A stretch of 63,734 nt of DNA, counting the filler, from Welwitschia mirabilis (Eukaryota): assembly GCA_051453625.1 (NCBI GenBank). It is 5 parts of one record of this genome, joined end to end, with 100 filler letters (N's around TTAATTAATTAA, not from the genome) between each part and the next. Parts side by side here need not be neighbours in the genome. Positions count along the whole stretch, not along the records: positions 30,142 to 51,482 come from JBOZIK010000001.1; 4 more parts are not named here. One strand, 5' to 3'. The number at the start of each line of letters is the position of its first letter. Position 1 is the first letter of the stretch. A model generated the notes under the pieces. It was not told the DNA's origin. It saw only the letters and a list, made by a program, of their open reading frames with translations, and made no database searches. Below are positions 38,780 through 51,482 of the stretch, piece by piece. Position numbers and translations under genes: made by a program.

Positions 38780-40676
38780 ATTAGTATAAAACCTCATAAT
38801 GTTATTATCGCAATGTTTGTTTTCTAGGTGCGTGAGATTTTCACTACCTATTTAAATTTAGATTAAAGCAACATTACATTGTCATCCTTCAGCTATAGAA
38901 AATGTGATGTTAATGGTCATTGATTGTAGGGAAAACTAACCCCTTATGTTGTTTGGACACCTGAAATTTCGAATTGATAGTTTCTCTGCAAGGGTGTACT
39001 TACATAGACCTTTTAGTTTACTAGAGGCTGGACCTAATACTGTTGCTGTAGGTAACATATGAAATATTATGTAGTGGAGTTTTCAAATGTTTGTGATCAA
39101 AAATTTAGGAACACCCATTGAAATGTCTATAGAGGGAGTGAGGGACTTTGAAAATCACATTTTCTAATGATCAAATTTTGATTAGAAGATGGTGGAACCT
39201 TGGCAGAGTGAAAAAAACACAGGTACAATTTCAGATCTCAATCAAATCTTGTGAAAGGCTAATTGCTGAATAGCAGGCTGCACCGAGGGTTGATGTCACT
39301 TCTGGAACTACTGGTGGTGTTGGTTACTTTTGTGAACTGAAATGCCAATGCCATGCATGTTGGTTTTGGGGCTGACGTTGGGTAATGAACAGGCTGGTCT
39401 GGATGGCTGGATGGTTAATGTATGGAGCCTTATGGGGAAGATTTAATGGGCTCTCAGCTGTCACTGAAACTCTGGGTTATTTCTGCCTCAAGTGTATAAG
39501 AGGCAGACTGAAATTTATGCCTAATAAAAGGTTGAGTCTGGCTTTGTCTTGGCTGCAGGTTAATATGATTCTCTAAGATATTATAGATTTATTTGAAACT
39601 GAAATGATGACGTACTCAAGAGGCATTATTGGAGCATTATTTGTCTTTAAATTGTAATGGCTGGAAAGAAACTATCAAAGATGATTTATTTTTGAGCTTT
39701 ATTACAATAAAGCACTCCAAACAAATCACTATGGAAGGCTTAATAGAAGATGACACAGTGACTCTGCTAGCTGACACTAGAATTCAAAAGGTATACAATT
39801 TGAATCTGACAGCTTTTCCTACTAGAATCAAGAAATGAATGTAGAACCTCGTTCTGCCACAGAGTAGAAAGTTGATTAAAAAAACCCAGAAAAAGAAAAC
39901 AGGAGGAAGACTTGACACAGCTTTATAGCAATAACAACATATTTAATATCTAATGCTTTGTCTGGGATGTAGACACAATGGCTAATCTATACATTTATTG
40001 GATTGCTGTTAAACCTATGCAGTAAATCCATTTCACTTGAAAAGTTTGAAATTGACACTCAAACTTGGTCATGGCATGTAAAATTAGTGCCATGGCTCTT
40101 AATTCACATGTTCACTTGAAAAACCATGTATTGGAATGAGCTTGCAGTCAAACTTAGCTCCATGAGTTTGACCTTGCAGATCCCTTCCAACAGCATGCTT
40201 GAAACTCTTGACCAATATTTGTCAACCTGCAATGAGTTTGACACATTGTGTTATAGAAAGGCAGAAATTCCCAGTTCAAGCAACTGCACAATAGTTTTGA
40301 CCTCTGTGTACTAACTCATTTACTACTCATTAAAGGAATCATAAAATTCTCTTTCATTGTGGAAATATTGATATGGCCTGTCATAGCAAACATGAAAGAA
40401 AATTCCAGCCAGTGTTTTCGGTCTTAACTGTAATTTGGCATCCAGAAACTTCATTCAGAATAACGTGATCACATCTAAGATGAAAAGCTGGGCTTTTTCG
40501 CAATAAAATCTTCACTGCGATTGTAGAAATATCCTAAATTTTCTAAATTTGTTTTGTTGCTTCATGCACGCTTTTAATTTGACTATGTTAATGTTTAGCA
40601 TTTTAATATATTAGCAAACAAAATCAAATGTACTTGATTTAGCTGCTTCCCTCAGTTGTTTTCTCTATTTAAGATA
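38608..40676 (+). repeat. 2.07-kb direct duplication, copy 1 (ends at a 100-N gap)
   Basis: Colinear with 41730-43787; paired short ORFs 39629/42746 and 40126/43222. Confidence 0.95.
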
Positions 40677-40899
40677 NNNNNNNNNNNNNNNNNNNNNNNN
40701 NNNNNNNNNNNNNNNNNNNNNNNNNNNNNNNNNNNNNNNNNNNNNNNNNNNNNNNNNNNNNNNNNNNNNNNNNNNNCAATGTGATGTTTTTAAAAAAAAA
40801 TAAAGTGCATGCAAACACCTTTCTTAGCAATATTTGCAAAAGAAAATAAATCCATAAGTTACCTTTCTTACCAAAATTTTAGAAGAAATGATGTAGGAG

Positions 40900-40976
40900 G
40901 TTTTGTGAGGGAAGATTTCAGAAGTATAATTTAGGACCGGTACTAAATTATACTTCTGAAACCTCCCTCACAAAAC
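40900..40976. repeat. Near-perfect 77-bp palindrome centred on ACCGGT
   Basis: GTTTTGTGAGGGA pairs with TCCCTCACAAAAC; TTTCAGAAGTATAATTTAG pairs with CTAAATTATACTTCTGAAA. Confidence 0.92.
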
Positions 40977-41729
40977 TAGAATAATGAGGAAGTCATGCTA
41001 AGAACAGTTGAATGAGTGCTGGTCTAGCTCAAATATTTAGATAAATACTAACTTGAAGGTTTCTTTGTCAAATATAGTTGTATTTCAATAGTCAAGTATG
41101 TATCTCACAAATTCCATATACATGTGTGTTTACAGTAGTATGTCAAATTAGTAGGAGTTAGCTAATTATTGTGCTACATAAGTAGATATATAGTTAAACC
41201 AAGTGCTATCCACAAAAAAAATGAAAATTGAAAAAATTATGTGATAAATGCAAATAATCTATCTGATGAAACTCAAGGTGATCTTGAAAGAAAAATGGAT
41301 TATATTATAAATAACACAATCTTATATCAAAATTTTTCTAATGTCGCATGCACTTTACCATTGAAGGAGGGATTGATTTTCTCAATCAGTAAATGCTTCA
41401 AATAAGAAGACTGAGCTTTTTGTATTATATTGGTTACAATATCCACATTTTTAGTAAACATTTTTTTTCTTGCTATCATGATAGTCTTTACTATGAGAAA
41501 GATCTACAGTGAGCACGACTGAAAGACCTCTTGGAAAGTTATCCTTAGTCAATCTATCTATAATGCTCAAACAGATTACTTTGAACTTTAAGAAATTTAA
41601 TTTGATTAATTGATCGCAACTCCTACCTCAGAAATACACCAAAAAAAAAAGTATGCATTGAATATGAAACCACTATTTTGTAAATCGAATAATCAAATAT
41701 TATAATAATCATCATGTATGATGAATAAT

Positions 41730-43787
41730 CTTCTAGAGATATCAATGATGGCATATATTTTTGGATTATTAAATAATTAAGAGAATTCTACATTGTTTGC
41801 ATGGAGGTAGTGTAGAATGTGCTTAGAGCATGCTAAATCCTTTTGTTCCTCTTTCTTTTGTATTGTAACTTTAAGTTATTTTAATTTATAATTATGCAAC
41901 AATTAGTATAAAACCTTATAATGTTATTATTGCAATGTCTGTATTTTAAGTGCATGAGATTTTTACTAGATATTTAAATTTAGATTAAAGCAATATTATA
42001 ATGTCATCCTTCAGCTATAGAAAATGTGATGTTAATGGTTATTAATTTTAGGGAAAACTAACCCCTTATGTTGTTTGGAGACTTGAAATTTTGAATTGAT
42101 AATTTTCTTGAAGGTTGTACTAACATAGACCTTTCAATTTACTAGAGGTTGAATCTCATACTATTACTATAGGTAACATATGAAATACTATTGAGTGTAG
42201 TTTTCAAATGTTCATGATCAAAAATTTAGGAACATTCATTAAAATGTCTATAGAGGGAGTGAGGGACTTTGAAAATCATATTTTATAATGATCAAATTTT
42301 AATCAGAAGATAGTGGAACTTGGCAGTGTAATAAAACATAGGTATAATTTCAGATCTCAATCAAATCTTGTGAAAGGCTAATTGCTAAATATCAGGCTGC
42401 AATAAGGGTTGAGGTTACTTCTCAACTACTGGGAATGTTGGTTCCTTTTGTGAACTGAAATGTGAATGCCATGCATGTTGGTTTTGAGGCTAATGTTGGT
42501 AATAAAAAGGCTAGTCTAGATGGCTGGATAGTTAATGTAGAAAGCCTTATAAGGAAGATTTAATAGGTGCTAAGCTATCACTAAAAATCTAGGTTATTTC
42601 TACTTCAAGTGTATAAGAGGTAGACTGAAATTTATGCCTAATAAAAGGTTGAGTCTGGCTTTGTATTAGCTGTAGGTTAATATGATTATCTAAGATATTA
42701 TGGATTTATTTGAAACTAAAATGATGATGTACTCAAGAGGCATTATTGGAGCATTATTTATTCTTAAATTGTAATGGCTGGAAAGAAACTATCAAAGATG
42801 AATTATTTTTGAACTTTATTACAATAAAGCACTACAAACAAATTACTATGGAAGGCTTAATAGAAGATAACATAGTGACTCCGCTAGTTGACACTATAAT
42901 TCAAAAGGTATACAATTTGAATCTGACAGTTTTTTCTACTAGAATTAAGAAATGAATGTAGAACCTCGTTTTGCCATAGAGTAGAAAGTTGATGAAAAAA
43001 CTCAAAGAAAGAAAATAGGAGGGAGACTTAACATAGCTCTATAACAAGAACAACATATTTAGTATCTAATGCTTTGTCTATGATGTAGACACAATGGCTA
43101 ATCTATAGATTATTCGATTGCTGTTAAACCCATTCACTAAATCCATTTACTTGGTAAGTTTGGAATTGACACTCAAACATGGTCATGGCATGTAAAATTA
43201 GCACCATGGCTCTTAATTCACATGCTTACTTCAAAAACCATGTGTTGGAATGAGCTTGTAGTCAAACCTAGATTCATGAGTTTAATCTTGCAGATCTCTT
43301 TCAACAACATGCTTGAAACTCTCGACCAATATTTGTTAACCTGCGATGCATGTGACACAGTGTGTTATAGAAAGGCAGAAATTCCTAGTGCAAGGAACTT
43401 CACAATAGTTTTGACCTTTGTGTAGTAAGTTGTTTACTCCTCATTAGAGGAATCACAAAATTCTCTTTCATTGCGGAAATATTGGTATGGCCTGTTATAG
43501 CAAACATGAAAGAAAATACCAGTCAATGTTTCTGGTCTTAATTGTAATTTGGAATCCAAAAACTTCATTCAAAATGACATGATCACATCTAAGATGAAAA
43601 GATGGGCTTTTTCGCAATAAAATCTTCACTAATTGTAGAAATATCCTAAATTTTCTAATTTTTTTTTGTTGCTTTATGCATGTTTTTTATTTGATTATGT
43701 TATTATTAGCACTTTAATATATTATCAAACAAAATCAAATGTGCTTGATTTAGCTGCTTGCCTTAGTTATTTCCTCTATTTAAGATA
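41730..43787 (+). repeat. 2.06-kb direct duplication, copy 2 (more AT-shifted)
   Basis: Colinear with 38608-40676. Confidence 0.95.
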
Positions 43788-44852
43788 TGTTTTACAATTG
43801 TAAGAACTTCTCTTGGAAATTACCAAGCATTGAGATACTCATTTTGAGTGTCAAAGTGATATCTGACCCGTCAAATTCACTTTGCAACTGATATTTCCTT
43901 GTTCTTAGGATTAGATTGTAGATTTTCGCTATTTAATTTATTGATATTTTTTGTTATGTCAATTATTTAACTTTCTCATATATTTTCAATTAAAATAAAC
44001 ATGTTTCATTGTTTGTGTTACTTATTTTATGATTTTTAATTATAATATTGTTTTGCATCCTTTAAGTTCCTGTAGTTAACAGAAGAAGATGAAATATGGT
44101 ATTATGGAAATTATTAACTATTGAGATATGCATTTTGGATGGATAAATATCATTTAAGCCCTTTGTTGTACTATTTACATTTTCAGATTTATTAAACTGT
44201 TTCTCCATATTTCCAGGATAAAATTACTATTCTTTTCTTGTTGTTTCCAATTATTCTTCTTGTAATGAAAAATTGCATTTGAAATGGGTGTTTTACAGCA
44301 TTTCCTATTCAGCTATACCAAGTATTTGATGATTAGTAAGACTCATTGATTTTTGGATCTATTATATACATGTTGTGGTTACAATTGGGCAGAAGTTTAA
44401 CTACTATTTCAGGCTTGGTTACTTTACTTCTATACAAGTTTGGCATTGCGAAAAAATGTTCTTAGGTTTAATGAAAGTGACATTCATCCATGGTAAGATA
44501 ATATGAGCAAAATTGATTCACAAACTTGTTTGAAGTGATAATCTTCCTCTTAGACTTTGGATCTGATGGATTGTTTCCCAAAAGGATTCCCCTTTTTAAG
44601 ATTGTCACCCTATAAACACGATATCGGTTAATTAAAAAATGATTAAACAAGTATAGAAAGATATACCATTTTACGTATGTAGCAATTACATCAAACAAAG
44701 AATACCAAAAACAAAACTGTGAACCATTACGCAAACTGCAACTGTACTTTGCATGCTAGGAAGACAAATAAAATGGGAAAAGCTAAATTTTATGCCCTTT
44801 ACTTATCTGTTCACAGTCTTTGAAAAATGTGATTACAAACTCTTCTTTGGGA

Positions 44853-45140
44853 TGTTAGTTTTGTAATACAAGTTATATAAAATAGTAAATGTAAAGTGGG
44901 GAGCACTGTAAACGATGCTTTTAGGGTTTTGTATTTACCCTATTTAAATCTCTTATCTATGTGGTTTGGTATGAATATAAAGTAGATTGTCTATATTTGC
45001 CCTTGCAGTGTTCCATGTTGAATTGCTCGAGTAAAGGATATTCTCTCTTTTGGCACTGCATGTAGGCAGGTTCTTGCCAAACCATGTTATTTTCTTGCAG
45101 TTTTCTTGTCTTTGTCTTAAACATTTTTCACTACTATTCA
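44853..45140 (+). repeat. Probable Copia LTR remnant
   Basis: Starts TGTTAG; CTATTTAAA box; ATGTAGGCAGGTTCTTGCCAAACCATGTTA resembles the Copia U5 motif GTAGGC...GCCGAACCACGTTA; no TSD found. Confidence 0.5.
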
Positions 45141-45600
45141 ATGCTGATTTACCAGTAAGTCATACGAGAGAGAAAATGTTTTACACAATTTAAAACCATA
45201 AGGCTGCTTTGTCTTGCATGTTTGAATGGGTAGAGTGAGAGTGCCATCCTGTACATCTTCATATGGTTCCAAGTTTCAACATATTTTGATGACATCCATA
45301 CAATTTTTGCAACATTCATGTACATTTCCATTCTGGTTCATGTCCTTACTCTACTTGAAGCAACATTTTTGGGCTAGTGGGAGCTCAGATGCAGCAAGAG
45401 TAATGGAAAAAGTAGCAACAATGAAGACATTCAACAAGGAGGATGGGCTATGGAGGATGAAGTTGAGTAGATGTTGTATGTACATCAACCTGAGGCTAGT
45501 TTGATGTTTGCCTATGCATTACAGCATTTTACCATGTAAATCTTGTATGTGCTTTTTGTTGTTTTCTGTTTTATTTGCTGCTTTTATTACTGTTTCTGTA

Positions 45601-45915
45601 ATAGATGGCTGCAAGGTTGGGTGCAAGGCTTCAATCAGAATCTACATGCAACAAGGTGCATTTCCATAGGAAGCCCTAGAAGATGAATATGTAGGAGGGT
45701 GAAGAGTTCATGAATCAATTGGAATGCTCCATCTCTGGGAGCTATTTCGTGTTCTATTTTATTCTCTGCTTTAACCACTATTTTCGGAATAGATGGATGC
45801 AAGGTTGAGTGCAAGGTTTCAAAGACAGTCTGCACACAACAAGGTGCATTTTCGTAGGAAGCCCTAGAAGATGAATATGTAAGAAGGAGAAGAATTCAAG
45901 TACTAATTGGAATGG
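45601..45915 (+). repeat. Two diverged ~125-bp direct repeats, period ~189 bp
   Basis: ATAGATGGMTGCAAGGTTGRGTGCAAGG...TAGGAAGCCCTAGAAGATGAATATGTA at 45601 and 45790. Confidence 0.9.
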
Positions 45916-48619
45916 TTCAACTTAGTGTTGGCATAGATAAAATCCTATTGATGTCAAAATGTTTAAGGATGAGTTGGTACTGACCTTAATTGGCCCTCCC
46001 CAAATAGTTGGAATTCTATTGTAATTCTCATTAGTGGAAACAGATTACCTATGATATAGTTTAATGAGGTTGTAGGACTATTCTGGCTTTGCTGGTATTA
46101 AGAACTATCTCTTTGTTGGAACCAATGTGTGCAAGATGGTTGACCCAAAAGGGAGAACAAAAGTGAATACAAAAGCTATCTGTTGTTATCATAAATTGGG
46201 GGAAAGAAAATCAAAGACTTTGAAAGTTCTGATACTTAAAAGGTGCAATTATTTTAAATATTGTGGCATAGAAGAAGTTTCACTAGGCAGATATCAAAAG
46301 TCATGGTATTGGAAAGCTTAACAAAACAAAGGTGAAAATATGAAAACTGAGTGAAGAGACTGCTATGGGACATATGATACTTATGTATGAAGTTTATACA
46401 TGGACAATTATGCTGGGCCATTTACAGAACTGTGTTAGATGTCTTGGAATCAACTATGACATGTAGGCCTCTTATGACGATGAGGTTGGATGTTAGAAGT
46501 GTCTGAATAGGTTTGAATGTGAGTAAATAAGGCGTGAGAGTCTTATGTAAGACAGAGGTGTTGGAAAGAAACAAGGGAATACAGAAAAGTGGAAAAGGCA
46601 AAAAGTATGGATTTTGAAGTGAATATTACAAACACAAAGGAGTAGTAGGAAACTAGGAATGCTTAGTGGCTAGGAGGGAGGCCCTCCTATTGCAGCAAAT
46701 CTGTAAGGCCATGGATTTCGTAGCCCCTACAAAGTAGACCCTCTCTGGGGTCTTACTGTGGATAAAGCTAGGGCTTGTGCTAACAATGTTTTCGGGGCTG
46801 AAGATGATTGGGCAATTGGGAGTCTTGCAGATTTTGAACATTTTATTGCAGAAAACAGAAAAAAAACACCAAAATGTACAAAAACTTGCTGAAATGCTTA
46901 AAACTTATAGAGCCCTTATGTAAAATAATGGAAAATAGGTAACGAGTGGGATTCTGATGGTTATGAACTAGGAGGAGGAGTTTTCAGGGTCAATGAGATG
47001 TGATATGGTGTGCCAAAGTGACTGTGGTTGTTGAGGCATGACTTACAAGTCAACATTACTATATAATCAAAATTTGATCTCACAGGTTTGATGCATTGTA
47101 TTTGGATCACATAATAGTGATCTTTTGTTTGGGATTTGACAGCAGTTTGTTGTGCCCTTCTATTCAACCAAAGGACTTTCTTTAGCAAGTAATTTGTATC
47201 TTTATTCAGCCTTCTAACGTTGATTGCAAGACAAATTGATCAAGTCTAGTTGGAAGTGATTAAAAAAGCATCCATTTGATAAAAATAAAAGAAATGAATC
47301 AGACATCTATGAGTTTTATGAAGGTCTTCCATGAGAAGTAGGCAATGCTACCACATTAGCCACAGGATCTTGCATGCACTTAATGCAATTTTCACACATT
47401 TGCATGCCTCTGAACTTCTCTAACCACCTTTAGAGCTTCAATAATACTTTTCTAGAGATTTACATAAGTGAATGTATTCAAATGAAAGATATGGTTAAAA
47501 TTTGATGTGCAATTATGTTTGGAAAATCTCTCTTTTTTAACGGGGAAGAGAAAGATGTTAAACTTATGTTGAATCAGTGCTAATTCGGTTTTGCCTCTTC
47601 TAGAGTTTTACACAGCCATATGGAAACTATTTGGCTGTGTGTTCATCTATCAGTTGGAATCTTAGTTAAATGTCATGCATAAAATATGGATCAGGCGTCA
47701 TGCCCCAAATCTTGAATTTTCAGGGAAGAAAAAATGCCTCCTATTCAATATCCTTCTTGAAAGGATTAAAGAAGATTTGAATTGTGAACACTTGTCTCAG
47801 CCTCCCCAAAGACCATCATGACAACAAGAACCCCTCTAAACTTAAAGACTTGCTAGGCTTGCAAGCTTTAATTATGCAAAGGGCTTTGTGATCTATCCAC
47901 TACCTTTATCAAGTTGTTGCTCTCAATATCAATAAGCAAGAAAGGAGACAAATCTAAAGAGCTTAAAATTCTACCTAGTCACTTTTGGACCCACTTTTAC
48001 ACCGTAGGGTGTGCATTGAAACTTTGCCAGTGCCATGGCAACTATGATGATTAGTTGCATCCAAGAACATAGCTTTGAAGGCATTTCAACAAGATCAACT
48101 AAATCAAGAAAAGCATTGGATAGTCTTACAACCTTTGGATGTGTTGAACTTCTGTGAAGATTTATCATGGAGTTAGCTAACATTCAACTAGAGTCAATCA
48201 TAAACTAGACAGAATTAGTTACATCATGCACCATGCTATGCTAGCATGTGTATCTAAACTTGGGGTCTAAAAAGGCAATAATGAGGGTGATAGATCATTC
48301 TATTTTGATTGCTTACATTTGGTTGGGTCACCATGTTGGTAAACCAAGTCCTATCCAAGTCTTCAAGGTGACTTTTCTATTGGAAATTTGCAAAATTAAG
48401 TTGAGTTACTAATATTCTAGGCTCATTGCATATGTGTTCAAGTGAAGAGATTTTATGCTAGGCTAATTTGTTGCAAAGTTGTCTAAATCTTGTTTCTCTC
48501 TTCTATAATTAATCAAGCAAGAACACTACTTTAGAGATCTTTCTAAGCATATTTCAATACCATTTTACTTAGATAATAGGGGTGAAGTGAATAGATAAAT
48601 TTCCGTGATTACACAAAAG

Positions 48620-48819
48620 AGTGACATATTTCTTGGTCACTTGAGTCTTCTTGATAGCTTCCCGGTTCACGTGAGCACTTGGCATGTGGATCGAGGGGGA
48701 GATTGTTGGGTATGCACTTCACATGCCCAACCCGACAAGTGGGCAAATATAAAGGGTTCTAGTTTCCACCTAGGTCATGGCTTTTGGTGTGATGGTAAAG
48801 GGCTCAACAATTCTTCACA
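48620..48819 (+). mobile_element. 3' end of a TRIM-like mini-LTR element (PPT plus 116-bp LTR 48704-48819)
   Basis: GAGGGGGAGAT followed by TGTTGGG...TTCTTCACA; 5' LTR not found. Confidence 0.55.
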
Positions 48820-51482
48820 TATCAATACTCTCCCACTTGAAGACAAAATTCCCATGCCTTTAAGATTAGCTACTTATGAAACTCAAGAGATGCAATGCTT
48901 TCCAATGCCTCCAAATCCACAAACATGAAGTCGAACGCCTTCCATGCAGGTGCAATGCTTGCAACCATTTACTACTTTTGTGATCAAATCAGCAAAATTA
49001 TCTTCTGTTCTGACTTTAACAATATGGGCTATCTTCTTCTCCACGACATCTCGAATGAAGCCACACTTCACGTCAATATGCTTTGTTTGAGTAGCATTTT
49101 TAGCCAAGTGAACAACACTTTGGCTATCACAATAAATAGAGCCAAGTGAACAACACTTTGGCTATCACAATAAATAGAGAACTTGTTTTGAGAAAGGCCA
49201 AACCACTCAAGCACGTGTCTCAACCAAATCATCTCTTTGGCTATCTCAATCAAACCAATATACCCAGCCTCTGTAGTGGACAAAGCTACATCGCTCTGAA
49301 GACGTGACATCCAACTAACAGCTCCACCTCTAAGTGTAAATACGTAACCTGTAGTAGATTTCCTAGTATCTCACAACCTTTCTTCTCCCAACTAGAAATA
49401 GGGTAGTTTTCTTTTGACAGTTTAAAGTGTCTTGCTAATGGAGTAGAAGCAGGAGAACAGTCAGCCATGTTGAACCTTTCTAAGACCTTATGAATATAAT
49501 CAGATTGACTCAACCACAATTTCCCACTTTTTCTGTCTCGCTCAATTCTCATTCCAAGGATTTGTTTTGCCTGCCCAGGGTCTTTTGTCATAAACTTCTT
49601 TGCCATCTGTGATTTCAATCTTTGTAGTTCATGTAAATCATGCCCAGCAATTGACATATCATCTACATATAATAACAAAATGGTAATCTTACCTGTGGTT
49701 CTTATTAGAGAAACATAGTGATCTACTTTGCATCTTTCATATTTTTGTTCCATCATGAAGGTTCAAATTTCTTGTACCATTGACTAGGTGCCTGTTTTAG
49801 GCTATATAAACTTCTCTTCAACTGGCATACCAACTTCTTNNNNNNNNNNNNNNNNNNNNNNNNNNNNNNNNNNNNNNNNNNNNNNNNNNNNNNNNNNNNN
49901 NNNNNNNNNNNNNNNNNNNNNNNNNNNNNNNNNNNNNNNNNNNNNNNNNNNNNNNNNNNNNNNNNNNNNNNNNNNNNNNNNNNNNNACAGGAGAGAATTT
50001 CATTGGAATCAATACCTTTTTGTTGTGCAAAACCCGTCACTATCATTTTGGCTCTGTAACATTTTGCTTCATTGGTCTCTTGTTTCAACCTATAGATCCA
50101 CCTGTTTTTCAATGCCCTTTTTCCAGGTGGCAAGGGCATTACCTCCTAAGTATGGTTCTGCTCAAAGAACTCCATTTCCTCATTCATAGCCTCCATCCAT
50201 TTATTAGCATTTGGACTGAAATGGCTTTTTGATATGACTCTGGTTCTCCTACATCTGTATAAAGAATATAAGTCAATAATGGAGAATACCTGGCAGGTGG
50301 TCTGATGGGCCTGGTAGAACGCCTAACCCAATGATCTGGTTTTTGAAAGTTCTTCACATTTTAGGTTTAATTTCAGGAACATTCTCATGTTCCACTTCTT
50401 CCTCCTCCTCATTAGAGGAGCTACATTTAGAATCATCATCAATTATGTGATGAGTTCTAAGCTGATCTTGAATACTGACAAGCTTCAGAAAGGTGTCAGG
50501 ATCAGATATTTCCTCATTCTAAATCCTTTCTTGAGATTTAAAATACATTATATCTTCATTAAAAACTACATCACGTGATCTAAATACCTTCTTTTCTATA
50601 GGATCCCACAACCTTAACCACGATCATCACTACCGTAACCCAAAAACACACATTTTTTGGCCCTTTCTCCAAGCTTTGAAGCGCTCTGTTGATGAGCATA
50701 GGCTTCACATCCAATCGTTCTAAGGTGTGAGTAAGAAACAAAGCTCCCACTCCATCGACATTTTGGTACCTGTCCATGAATTCCATTATGTGGACACTTG
50801 TTCAACAAATATGCAATGTTGCTTGCAACTTCAGCCCAAAACTGTTTGGGCAAACTAGAATGTGTGAGAACAACTCTCACTCTTTCCAAAGTGATCCTGT
50901 TTTGCCTTACACCCATTCGATTTTGTTGTGGAGTTCTAGGCACTGTTCTGTGATGAATAATTCCAGCTTTTCTACCTGCAATATATGTCATCAATTCTTT
51001 AATTTTACAGCCAGTTTCATTTTCGACTCTGGCCTAAAAAATTCTAAATGCCTGAAAATCTTCATCTTTTGATTTTAAAGAATATATCTATAGCTTTCTA
51101 GAAAAATCGTCAACAACAGTAATGAAATATACAACACCTCCCAAAGAAATCAGAATGAATTAATTCTAATCTATGTTGTTCTAAACACTTATTGTTTCTT
51201 CTAAAATTCACTATCCTACTTTTACCAATCACACAATCTAAAGAGAAATCAAAAGAGAGAGAAACTTTAGGCAATAAACCTTTAGAAATAAGTACCTGTA
51301 GACCTGTTTCGCTCAGATGCCCAAGACACTTGTGCCAAGTACCTGTTGCAACTTCTCTATTGGCCACACAAGCTGAACTACTAGGATTAATAGAACATAA
51401 AACATACATGGTACCTTCTCTACTCCCATGGGCAATCACCAATGCTCCTTTGTTTATTTTTCAAGAATAGCTATCAAACATG
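48820..51482 (-). mobile_element. Tork/Tnt1-like Ty1/Copia pol (pre-integrase, integrase, RT, RNase H, PPT); best-preserved element here, but disrupted
   Basis: [129 protein letters not shown] at 48828-48839. Confidence 0.95.
49103..49178. repeat. Perfect 38-bp tandem duplication that frameshifts the RNase H
   Basis: GCCAAGTGAACAACACTTTGGCTATCACAATAAATAGA occurs twice. Confidence 0.95.

Noticed and set aside
39483-39506. Small hairpin CTGCCTC-N10-GAGGCAG as a Helitron 3' end
   Set aside because: No CTRR terminus at the expected distance, and the duplication continues through it.
39629-39838. 69-aa ORF 'conserved' at 42746-42955
   Set aside because: Starts at TTG, has no recognisable motif and is explained by the DNA duplication; the changes follow the mutational bias.
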